From Bifidobacterium breve (lineage in GTDB: Bacteria; Actinomycetota; Actinomycetes; S36-B12): a stretch of DNA of 37,824 nucleotides. Numbering within the stretch: position 1 is the first letter of the stretch; each line of letters starts with the position of its first letter. The position numbers and the translations under genes are program-made. This document shows positions 20,140-28,216 of this stretch, one piece after another. The notes under the pieces are model-generated. The model worked only from the letters and a program-made list of their open reading frames with translations, did not search any database and was not told where the DNA came from. The stretch is taken from NCBI GenBank assembly GCA_945870085.1, contig CAMBQX010000002.1, positions 1-37,824 of the forward strand. The letters run 5' to 3'.

Positions 20140-20783
20140 GAGCTAAACCCAAGACAACTCAAGAAGAAGTCCTCGCCCTGCTGCGCGTGGAGATCCTTAC
20201 CGGGAGCCTGCAACCTGGCCAGCAGATCGTGCAGGATCTCCTCGCCGAGAAATTCGGGGTGAGCCGAGTACCGCTTCGTGAGGCACTTAAAATCTTGGAG
20301 GGTGAAGGGCAAGTAACCCACCACCTTCACCGCGGCTACTTCGTTGCTGAGTTGAGTATCAATGACCTGCAAGAGGTGTATCGCCTTCGCGCCATACTTG
20401 AGCGTGAAGCCGTGACCGCCGCGGTCTCAAACATCACCGATCGTGACCTGCTAGCCATTGCTGAGCTCGCGGCGCAAGTGAGAAAAGCTACGAAAAGTAG
20501 CGAGGTACTCGGCATCACGGCGGCCAATCGAGCCTTCCATTTCGCAATCTTTGAACTAAGTGAAATGCCAAGATTGGTGCGCCTACTTCGCCAACTTTGG
20601 GATGCCACCGATGTTTACCGCTCGGTCTATTTCACGCAGGCCGCGAACCGGGACCGCATATTGCTCGAGCATGATGAAATTCTCAGCGCCTTAAGCGCAC
20701 GCAGTGTGGCCCGCTCGATCAGGTGGCATGACATCCATCGCGACAACTCGGTAGCAAGCGTGAGCGCAGTTATTGCCGGCTAA
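20136..20783 (+). CDS. GntR family (FadR/FCD subfamily) transcriptional regulator
   Basis: 215 aa. Winged-HTH region LAEKFGVSRVPLREALKILEGEG plus a helical FCD-like C-terminal domain. ATGA overlap with the CoA-transferase gene. Confidence 0.9.
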   Translation: MRAKPKTTQEEVLALLRVEILTGSLQPGQQIVQDLLAEKFGVSRVPLREALKILEGEGQVTHHLHRGYFVAELSINDLQEVYRLRAILEREAVTAAVSNITDRDLLAIAELAAQVRKATKSSEVLGITAANRAFHFAIFELSEMPRLVRLLRQLWDATDVYRSVYFTQAANRDRILLEHDEILSALSARSVARSIRWHDIHRDNSVASVSAVIAG

Positions 20784-20875
20784 CAAACCACCCGGCGGCA
20801 ATAAATAGTTTTTTACTCACCTTGTGAAGTCCAGGTGATCGAGGCTGAATTCTAGGCATCCAGCCGTTAGAACCC

Positions 20876-21685
20876 CTAGTGGGCTTCGAGGAATCCCTTT
20901 AACAGTTCATCAAACTTGCGCCTCATATCCTTGCCGGCAAAAACGTGTGTCGCTTCCGGCCAGTCCACCGACTGACAGTTCGGCATAAGTTCGGCAATAA
21001 GGCCCGTGTGGCGGGGTGTGGTAATGCAGTCACGGCCTGCGTTTACGACAACCGCCGGAGTTTGTACCAGAGGCAACTCAGCCCGGGCGTCATAAGTCGT
21101 GCATGCCTGAACCAGACGACGCTGTGCCTCCAGACGCCCATTGAGGTCAGGCCAGGTGCCGTTCACGCCGAGCAAACGGTCGCGATTCGCATTGTAGAAG
21201 TCCCCATTGAAGCTGTAGCTAGCCGCCAACTTTTGAAACTCGTCCCAGCCCATCTTCTCGTGGACATCGACCATCGTGTTCAGCTGATCTACCATAATTG
21301 GATCAGCCCACGCCCAGCAGCCAGTCATAACGAGCGAACGAGCAAGGTCCGGGCGCAGATAAGCGATCTGCTGCCCGATGCAAGCCCCCATTCCTACCAT
21401 GCCGACTATGTGAACATTGCTCCAACCGAGGTGATCAAGTAGACCGGTCACGTCGGACGCAAAAAGTTTCATGGACGCCGGCTGCGAGTAATCTTCGGTT
21501 GAGTCGCGAATGCCACGGTAGTCATAGATTAGAACCTGATAGTTCTCGAATAGGTACCGCGGGGCGTCGGAGATGCGCCCGTGGCAGAAGGTACCCCATC
21601 CGCCCATGCACACGGCTTTTGGCGCTGACACGTCTCCATGAACTTCGTAGTACATGTTATGGGAATTGACTTCGAAAGTGGGCAA
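20876..21685 (-). CDS. Alpha/beta-fold hydrolase, RutD-like
   Basis: 269 aa. Alpha/beta-hydrolase layout (YQVLIYDYRG..., elbow HIVGMVGMGACIGQQIAY, C-terminal His context). The elbow has no Ser/Cys/Asp in a GxSxG position. Divergent from rutA. Confidence 0.6.
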   Translation of the reverse strand: MPTFEVNSHNMYYEVHGDVSAPKAVCMGGWGTFCHGRISDAPRYLFENYQVLIYDYRGIRDSTEDYSQPASMKLFASDVTGLLDHLGWSNVHIVGMVGMGACIGQQIAYLRPDLARSLVMTGCWAWADPIMVDQLNTMVDVHEKMGWDEFQKLAASYSFNGDFYNANRDRLLGVNGTWPDLNGRLEAQRRLVQACTTYDARAELPLVQTPAVVVNAGRDCITTPRHTGLIAELMPNCQSVDWPEATHVFAGKDMRRKFDELLKGFLEAH

Positions 21686-21845
21686 AAGAACTCCTCATAG
21701 GGGAAGCCGAATGTTACCTGAAACCTGAGACCCTCGCACCCCCAAACTGGCAGCCATTTAGTTTGCTAATGGCCAGATTTTCTGGAATGGAGATGCCGCC
21801 ACGGCTCCTGCCCTATATTGTGCCCTTGTAATACTCATCCATAAC

Positions 21846-21861
21846 TTTTGGCTTGCCAAAA
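21846..21861. promoter_or_regulatory. Perfect 7-2-7 palindrome TTTTGGC-TT-GCCAAAA just upstream of the rutA ribosome-binding site
   Basis: Read directly from the sequence. GAGGAG at 21867-21872 and the GTG start at 21880 follow it. Could be a dimeric-repressor operator or a 5'-UTR hairpin. Confidence 0.3.
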
Positions 21862-21879
21862 TAGTAGAGGAGATCACAA

Positions 21880-22953
21880 GTGGACCTCGGCGTTTTCATC
21901 CCCATCGGCAACAACGGGTGGCTCATTTCAACCACGTCACCTCAGTACAAACCAAGTTTCGACCTGAACCTTGAGGTCTGCCAGTTGGCAGAGAAGTATG
22001 GTTTTGAATTTGCGTTATCCATGATCAAATTCCGTGGTTTCGGTGGTGATAGTGAGTTCTGGGACTACAACCTTGAATCCTTCACCCTAATATCAGCAAT
22101 TGCAGCTCGAACGGAAAAAATCAAGCTTTTTGCCTCAACCGCCGTTCTTACGCTTCCGCCGGCAGTCGTGGCCCGCATGGCCGTCACCATAGATTCAATT
22201 GCTCCCGGGCGCTTTGGAATTAATATTGTGTCGGGATGGGCTCCGGGTGAGTACGCGCAGATGGGGCTTTGGCCTGGAGATGAGTATTTCGGCTATCGCT
22301 ACGAATACTCAACTGAATATGTCAAGGTGATGCAGGAGCTTTGGGCCACTGGTTCCTGCACCATGGACGGAAAATTCTTCCAGATGGATGACTGCATGTG
22401 TAAGCCCACACCGAGCCACAAGATCGAATTGGTCTGTGCGGGTCAGTCAGAGCGTGGAATGGAGTTTTGTGCGGACTATGGCGATTACCAGTTCGTTCTG
22501 GGTACGGGCGTAAACACTCCCACCGCCTACGCCCCCGCTAATGAGCAACTGCTCCGCGCCAGCGCAAAGAGCGGCCGCGATATTGGCTCCTACGTTTTGT
22601 TCATGGTCATCACCGGTGAGACCGATGAGGAAGCCATGGCGAAGTGGCGGCTCTACAACGAGGGTGCAGATGCGAGCGCCCTGTCGTGGATGGCGGTGCA
22701 AGCCGATGCAGACGAAAGTGCCGGAGAGGGAAGTACCGCCAAGACGATTGCCCTCCCAGAAGGTGCCATCAACTTCAACATGGGCACAATCGTCGGCTCA
22801 TACGCGACGGTCGCACGCCTACTTGATGAGGCTGGTTCTGTTCCGGGTACCAAGGGCCTGATGTTGACCTTCGATGACTTCGTGAAAGGCATGAAAGTCT
22901 TCGGAAAGAAGGTTCAGCCGCTAATGACTACCCGTAAGGTAACCAAAGGCTGA
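21880..22953 (+). CDS. rutA: Pyrimidine monooxygenase RutA (LLM-class flavin-dependent monooxygenase)
   Basis: 357 aa with a GTG start. Matches remembered E. coli RutA along most of its length (GVFIPIGNNGWLIS, ALSMIKFRGFGG, NLESFTL, LTLPPAVVARMA.TIDSI, GSYVLFMVI, NFNMGTIVGSYATVARLLDE). Confidence 0.85.
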   Translation: MDLGVFIPIGNNGWLISTTSPQYKPSFDLNLEVCQLAEKYGFEFALSMIKFRGFGGDSEFWDYNLESFTLISAIAARTEKIKLFASTAVLTLPPAVVARMAVTIDSIAPGRFGINIVSGWAPGEYAQMGLWPGDEYFGYRYEYSTEYVKVMQELWATGSCTMDGKFFQMDDCMCKPTPSHKIELVCAGQSERGMEFCADYGDYQFVLGTGVNTPTAYAPANEQLLRASAKSGRDIGSYVLFMVITGETDEEAMAKWRLYNEGADASALSWMAVQADADESAGEGSTAKTIALPEGAINFNMGTIVGSYATVARLLDEAGSVPGTKGLMLTFDDFVKGMKVFGKKVQPLMTTRKVTKG

Positions 22954-22964
22954 CAATTTTCTCG

Positions 22965-23004
22965 AAAAGGGTGTGTCCGGGATTTTTGCGGGCACACCCT
23001 TTTT
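22965..23004. terminator. Bidirectional intrinsic terminator between convergent rutA and wrbA
   Basis: AAAAGGGTGTGTCCG-ggatttttg-CGGGCACACCCTTTT: a 15-bp stem (one G-U in the plus-strand RNA) with a 9-nt loop. An A-run lies on one side and a T-run on the other. Confidence 0.65.
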
Positions 23005-23112
23005 AGGTTGGCAAATTGGGAGCCAACAACCAAAAAGGCGGGCGGTGAAGTTTGTTACTTACCGACCGAGGGCTGACGCCGATGGTGAGAATGCGCTGAG
23101 GCAACACCTCAC

Positions 23113-23739
23113 TCAAGCCTGTGCCTCCTTACCCGTGCGAAGCCAACCTGTGACTCGTGCGAGTCTTGCCCCCTGCATGCGGGCAGCAGTCAGGGCCACC
23201 TCATCGGGAGCCGCCCCGCTGCGGGAAACGAATGAAGCTCCATACGGGTTTCCGGAGACCTTGAGCAGATGCTCATTTTCATAACCGAGCGGCAGCACAA
23301 TTGATCCCCAGTGATAGAAATGATTATTAATTGCAAGAATGGTCGACTCCAATCCCCCGTGAGCCGTTGAGCTGGAAGTAAAGGCTGTTCCCACCTTGTC
23401 TACGAGGACCCCTTTCGCCCATAAGCCCCCGGTAGTGTCAAGAAAAGCTTTCATCTGACTCGCGGGGCCGCCAAAGCGCGTAGGAGAGCCGATGGCAATG
23501 GCATCAGCCCAAGCAATATCGTCGAGAGTGGCAACCGGCTCTTTGGCATTAACTTTGACGAACTCAGCCCATTTTGGGTTGTAGGCAATCGCCTCAGGGG
23601 GCGCCAATTCCGCTACGCATCGCACCCTGACCTGTGCTCCCGCAGAAGCGGCACCTTCGCCAAGTGCTTCTGCCATCGCGGCAACATTACCGGTTGACGA
23701 GTAATAGATAACGGCAACATTGCAGGTGGTCTTACTCAT
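23113..23739 (-). CDS. wrbA: NAD(P)H:quinone oxidoreductase type IV (WrbA, flavodoxin-like)
   Basis: ATG at 23739 preceded by AGAGGAG; the track ORF is N-terminally over-extended to 23832. Motifs VIYYSSTGN, GSPTRFGG and a WrbA-type C-terminus. Confidence 0.85.
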   Translation of the reverse strand: MSKTTCNVAVIYYSSTGNVAAMAEALGEGAASAGAQVRVRCVAELAPPEAIAYNPKWAEFVKVNAKEPVATLDDIAWADAIAIGSPTRFGGPASQMKAFLDTTGGLWAKGVLVDKVGTAFTSSSTAHGGLESTILAINNHFYHWGSIVLPLGYENEHLLKVSGNPYGASFVSRSGAAPDEVALTAARMQGARLARVTGWLRTGKEAQA

Positions 23740-23756
23740 GGTGCTCCTCTGTTTAA

Positions 23757-24671
23757 TTACGAAATGGGCGGGAATACACCTGCACGGCCGGCCAGAGCCG
23801 GTGGTGTGCGTTCCAACAGGCTGCCAACCCATTCGGCGGTTGAGACTATGACATCGCGCTTAATTCCGGTGTGGAAACCACTTCGCACAGCGAGAAAGTC
23901 CAGATCTTCGGTGGCGATATTTCCGGTTGCCGCAGGTGAAAATGGGCAGCCCCCAAAACCCCCCGCTGCAGCATCAAGTACACGCACACCCTCCTCCAGG
24001 GCAGCAGCTGCATTCGCATAGCCGGTGTTGCGTGTGTTATGAAAGTGAAACCGCACAGGGATTCCAGGAGCTACCTCTCGAACCATGCCGGTCAATGCCC
24101 GGACCTGCGCTGGCACGCCCACACCGATTGTGTCGGCTAGGGCGATCTCATCTACTCCGGCCTCGGCAAAGACACGCACCACAGCGCGCACCTGATCTAC
24201 ACTCACCTCCCCATCGAATGGACAACCGAAAGCAACCGCGGCCGTTCCCGTAACGGGAACACCGGCACTTTTTGCATCAGCGGTCACCGCTCGGACCACC
24301 TGTAGCATGTCGGCGACATCAATGTTCTGATTGGCCCGACTCATTCCATCAGTCGAAGGTACCACCACATTTATCTCGTCCACACTGCTAGCCAACGCTC
24401 GGTCATTCCCTCGCTGGTTTAGGACAAGCCCGCTATAAGAGACTCCGATGTCTCGTTGAAGGCCCGCCATCACTTCCTCAGCAAAGGCCATCTGCGGCAC
24501 GAGCTTAGGATTGACGAAACTCACCGCCTCTATACGACGAACACCTGCTTTAACTAACCGGTTGATAAGTTCAATTCGATCGTCGACAGACAACGGGATA
24601 CGCTCGTTTTGCAACCCATCACGCGGACAGACCTCAAGGATGGTTATCTTTTCGCTGGACATAGACCCCAT
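23757..24671 (-). CDS. Hydroxymethylglutaryl-CoA lyase family (HMGL-like DRE-TIM) protein
   Basis: 304 aa. N-terminal EVCPRDGLQNE, the SFVNPK.VPQMA region, and a metal-binding HFHNTRNTG motif. Confidence 0.85.
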   Translation of the reverse strand: MGSMSSEKITILEVCPRDGLQNERIPLSVDDRIELINRLVKAGVRRIEAVSFVNPKLVPQMAFAEEVMAGLQRDIGVSYSGLVLNQRGNDRALASSVDEINVVVPSTDGMSRANQNIDVADMLQVVRAVTADAKSAGVPVTGTAAVAFGCPFDGEVSVDQVRAVVRVFAEAGVDEIALADTIGVGVPAQVRALTGMVREVAPGIPVRFHFHNTRNTGYANAAAALEEGVRVLDAAAGGFGGCPFSPAATGNIATEDLDFLAVRSGFHTGIKRDVIVSTAEWVGSLLERTPPALAGRAGVFPPIS

Positions 24672-24829
24672 TTTTCCATCATTCGCAATAAGTTAATAGT
24701 CGGTATGCAATCACACTAACAACTCACAGGTTTCGACCTCTTGTTATCGAGAAGCTACCCCGCCTAAAGTCTAGGCCTCGGCGCGCTAATCCACATCTCG
24801 GCCATTGAACTCGGCCACTCTCGTCAGGG

Positions 24830-25744
24830 TCATTCCGCGGCGGGTGAGTCGTACATGAACCGGTACAAATCCGGTCGCCGGTCATTCCAGACCGGCCAGA
24901 GTGAACGCGCCTTATCCAACTCGGAAAGATTCAGCTCCGCACTTATGATTTCAGGCTGCTGGTGCGCTTTCGCCTCGGCGAGGACTTCGCCGCTCGGCGC
25001 AATAATACAGGACCGCCCGAAATAGTCGGTCACGTGTCCCCGGTGATTTTCCAACCCCGCCCTGTTGGCTGCGATTACGAAGACTCCAACTTCCATTGCC
25101 CGGAGCCGCAAGTCATCAACAAATAATGATTCGCGCCAGCCAAAAGATGAGACGGCAGCAATCACCACCTGCGCTCCAAGGTGCCGATTTGCTAGCCATA
25201 CTTCAGAAAAGGCGCGGTCGTAGCAAATAAGTGCCCCCAACCGAACCCCGTCTAGATCGAAAGTCATCGGCGACGGCCCTGGCTTGCAGTACGCAGCCTC
25301 ATCTACTCTCAGGTCTCCAGAGAACACCGACGGCGCAGTCAACTTTCGAAAAGTCTGATATCGCTCGCCGTGCGGACCTACACCTTCAACAAGGTATCCG
25401 CGGCTATCCAGCAATACCAGTGAGTTGTACACAATGCCATCCGCGCCCCTTTCCGCCATCCCAAATGCGACCGCCGTCGATGTCTTGCGAGCAATATCGG
25501 AAAAGAACTTAGTTGTTGGCCCGTCCACAGGTTCAGCCCACTTTTGAGCCTCAGGATCAAATGGACCGGAGGCAAAGTAGGCAGTGGTACACAATTCCGG
25601 CAAGAGGACCAAATCTCTACCCTTATGCGAGGCCTGTTGGACTAGAACGGCCAAGGCCGCTAGATTCTCAGGTACCGAAGGCCCGCAGCCCCCGGATTGC
25701 ACTACCGCAACCTTCAAAGCACTCTCCCTCGCATGAGGAGTCAA
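24830..25744 (-). CDS. Carbon-nitrogen hydrolase (nitrilase superfamily amidase)
   Basis: E/K/C triad contexts LLPEL, FRKL and ALICYDRAFSE. The maximal ORF starts at the TTG at 25744. An internal TTG at 25717 has a better SD (AGGGAG 6 nt upstream). Confidence 0.8.
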   Translation of the reverse strand: MTPHARESALKVAVVQSGGCGPSVPENLAALAVLVQQASHKGRDLVLLPELCTTAYFASGPFDPEAQKWAEPVDGPTTKFFSDIARKTSTAVAFGMAERGADGIVYNSLVLLDSRGYLVEGVGPHGERYQTFRKLTAPSVFSGDLRVDEAAYCKPGPSPMTFDLDGVRLGALICYDRAFSEVWLANRHLGAQVVIAAVSSFGWRESLFVDDLRLRAMEVGVFVIAANRAGLENHRGHVTDYFGRSCIIAPSGEVLAEAKAHQQPEIISAELNLSELDKARSLWPVWNDRRPDLYRFMYDSPAAE

Positions 25745-25915
25745 CCTACCCAGATTTACGCTCCCCGTCCAGAACTTCCCCGCCTATTCCGTCCAGCGGG
25801 CGAAAGGGACAATTTGCCGAGTTAAACGGGACATTTACAACAATTCGGTGGCTCAGCGTGCGAAAAGACTCTACATATTGTATGCATAGGGGTCACTAAG
25901 CGAAAGGATCTGTCA

Positions 25916-26929
25916 GTGCCGTCGGCCACCATCAAGATCGAGGCTCGAGAGAAAGCCCGGCAAAGCGGAGTTATGGCTCGACGGGTTCAAGCGTATTCGA
26001 TACTTGTTGCGTGGGCGTTCCTTATCTTAGTATTCACTCTTCTGCTGCCCGATACCTTCCTCACTATTCAAAATTTCACCGCCATCGCCAACTCGAAGAC
26101 CGCTACTGTTCTGCTCACTTTGGGCTTGATCTTTGCACTTGCCGCTGGCGAATTTGACTTGAGCATCGGGGCGGCGCTTTCCTTGGGGGCAGCGATCCCG
26201 GCGTGGCTGTACGACGTATACGGGACTCCAGTTTTGATCGGTATCCTCGTCGCGTTGATGGCGGCCGCCCTGATGGGAGCATTAAACGCCTTACTTTCAG
26301 TGAGATACAGCATCCCTTCGCTGGTGGTAACCCTTGGTACCGGAACGGCCGTCATTGGCTTGGTGGCCGGCATCGTCGGTAACAGTACAATTTCGATTCG
26401 CGGCGACTGGTGGAACGAGGTGCTCACCCACCGTACCTTCGGTCTCTACACCTCGTTTTGGATCGTGATGCTGATCGCCTTGATTATTTGGTATATCCTT
26501 CAACAGACTCCGATCGGCCGGCACCTTTATTTTGTGGGCCAAGGTCGTGAGGTTGCCCGCCTTGCGGGTATCAGGGTGAATGCTTACCGATACGCAGCCC
26601 TGATCACGTCAGCGACACTTGGCTGTCTCGCTGGAGCGTTCCTGCTCGGGAATACCGGAGCCATCCAAGCGCGGATCGGGCAATTCTTTATTTTGGCTGC
26701 CTTTGCGGCAGCATTTCTAGGGTCCACAGCCATCGTTCCAGGGCGGTTCAATGCCTGGGGCACCGTGGTGGCTGTTTACTTTATTGAGACCGGTATCACC
26801 GGACTACAGCTCCTAGGCCTTCAGGCCTGGGTTTCGGACGTCTTCTACGGCACCGCGCTCGTGGTCGGCGTCCTCGTGGCTACTCTTGCCACACGTTTGC
26901 GGTCGCGCCTTTCGGCACGGTCGACTTGA
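25916..26929 (+). CDS. ABC transporter permease (RbsC/AraH-type, sugar-class)
   Basis: 337 aa with a GTG start. Roughly 9-10 hydrophobic spans with ribose-type permease composition. Followed by the binding-protein and ATPase genes. Confidence 0.8.
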   Translation: MPSATIKIEAREKARQSGVMARRVQAYSILVAWAFLILVFTLLLPDTFLTIQNFTAIANSKTATVLLTLGLIFALAAGEFDLSIGAALSLGAAIPAWLYDVYGTPVLIGILVALMAAALMGALNALLSVRYSIPSLVVTLGTGTAVIGLVAGIVGNSTISIRGDWWNEVLTHRTFGLYTSFWIVMLIALIIWYILQQTPIGRHLYFVGQGREVARLAGIRVNAYRYAALITSATLGCLAGAFLLGNTGAIQARIGQFFILAAFAAAFLGSTAIVPGRFNAWGTVVAVYFIETGITGLQLLGLQAWVSDVFYGTALVVGVLVATLATRLRSRLSARST

Positions 26930-26946
26930 TTACGAGAGGAACACAT

Positions 26947-28167
26947 ATGAAGCAGCGCAGCATTAAGCGCTCTCTTGGGCAGCTAGCTGCCCTCGGGATC
27001 GTATCGGCCGTCGTCTTGACGGCCTGCGGTGGCAGCAGCAGTGGCGAGGCCACGTCTGCTGCGCCTGAACCAGCCCCGGTAGTTGCATCGGAAGCACCCG
27101 CGGAAGCCGCAGCAACTGAGGCTCCAGCACCTGGTCCAGCCGATGGGGTTGTGGAGGCGTTGGCTCGCTACGATGCAGCCAAGGCGCCAATCGTTTTCAG
27201 TTACCCGGGTGAGGCTTTTGATGCCGCCGCTTCGGCAAAGGGCAAGAAAGTCGCAATTATTTCTTGGGACGATCGCATCCCGATTTTGGCACAGTGGGGC
27301 GACACTATTCAGGCAGGTTTTCAGGATTACGGGGTGAAGGTCTCCCGCTCCTCGGCTGACTTTGACATCGAAGCCATCCCAGGTCTGTTCGCGCAGGCAG
27401 TCGCTGCCAAAGTCGACCTGATCGTGACAAACGCCATTCCGGGCGTCGTGGTCCCATTCGACACCATCGGCGACATTCCCGTGATGACAACTAATCAAAC
27501 AGCTAAGCCAGGGGTTGCGGCTGCTGACGGCATTATCGCGGACGTCTCCTTTGACTACACGATCCCAGCCCGCCTGATGGCTGACTGGTACATCGTTACC
27601 TCCGAAGGTGGCACGAAGGGCGATGCCCAAGTAGTGGCCTCAGAGGGTCAGGCATCAAGCCCGATCATGGTTGAAGAAATGCAGGCGGAAATTGCAGAAC
27701 TGTGCCCCGACTGCAAGGTTAACTTCGCCGATGCGCAACTTGGCTCCTGGTTTGATGGAGTACTGGCCAATGAGACACGCAATGCGCTCACCGCCAATTC
27801 GAACCTCAAGTTCTTGTTGCCGATTTACGATGGTATGACCTTGGCCGGTACCGACCCAGGCATCTCCGACGCTGGTAGCGACGCCACTCAGGCTTCGTTC
27901 AACGCGACCCCAGATGTCATGAAGGGTCTCGGTACCAGCTCGGTGAAAATGGACGTCGGCTGCCCGAATGACTGGTTCGGCTACGCAGTTGTTGATGCCA
28001 GTATGCGCATCTTCGCCGGAGCACCTTCCATCGCTGACTACGGCATCACCTGCCGCGTTTTCGACGCCGGGAACATCGGGGACATCGACCCATCAACGGA
28101 GAATTCCATGAACTGGTATGCAATTGACTTCTTAAAGGAGTTCAAGAGCTACTGGGGCACTCCGTAA
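26947..28167 (+). CDS. ABC transporter substrate-binding lipoprotein (type-I periplasmic-binding-protein-like), substrate unknown
   Basis: ATG at 26947 after GAGAGGA. Signal peptide with the lipobox LTAC, then an Ala/Pro/Glu-rich linker. Sits between the permease and ATPase genes. Confidence 0.7.
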   Translation: MKQRSIKRSLGQLAALGIVSAVVLTACGGSSSGEATSAAPEPAPVVASEAPAEAAATEAPAPGPADGVVEALARYDAAKAPIVFSYPGEAFDAAASAKGKKVAIISWDDRIPILAQWGDTIQAGFQDYGVKVSRSSADFDIEAIPGLFAQAVAAKVDLIVTNAIPGVVVPFDTIGDIPVMTTNQTAKPGVAAADGIIADVSFDYTIPARLMADWYIVTSEGGTKGDAQVVASEGQASSPIMVEEMQAEIAELCPDCKVNFADAQLGSWFDGVLANETRNALTANSNLKFLLPIYDGMTLAGTDPGISDAGSDATQASFNATPDVMKGLGTSSVKMDVGCPNDWFGYAVVDASMRIFAGAPSIADYGITCRVFDAGNIGDIDPSTENSMNWYAIDFLKEFKSYWGTP

Positions 28168-28216
28168 CTAGCACCTGCAGCATCAAGTTGGTGTAGTAAC
28201 TCTAAGGGAAGGGAAC

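Noticed and set aside
23740-23832. N-terminal extensions in the ORF track (wrbA to 23832, prpD-like to 33413, apgM-like to 36053, methyltransferase to 31056, beta-ureidopropionase from 6321, binding protein from 26926)
   Set aside because: In each case the extension overlaps the upstream gene and lacks family-like sequence. An internal ATG/GTG with a proper SD or a 4-nt coupled overlap coincides with the start of the recognisable domain.
25874-25883. Shared 10-mer ATACAATATG, upstream of gcdH (17777-17786, plus strand) and in the nitrilase/ABC divergent region (minus strand)
   Set aside because: A 10-nt match in 38 kb of two-stranded sequence is too weak to count as a regulatory motif. It probably just reflects a TACAAT-type -10 hexamer in both promoters. 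The second site lacks the palindromic partner arm.
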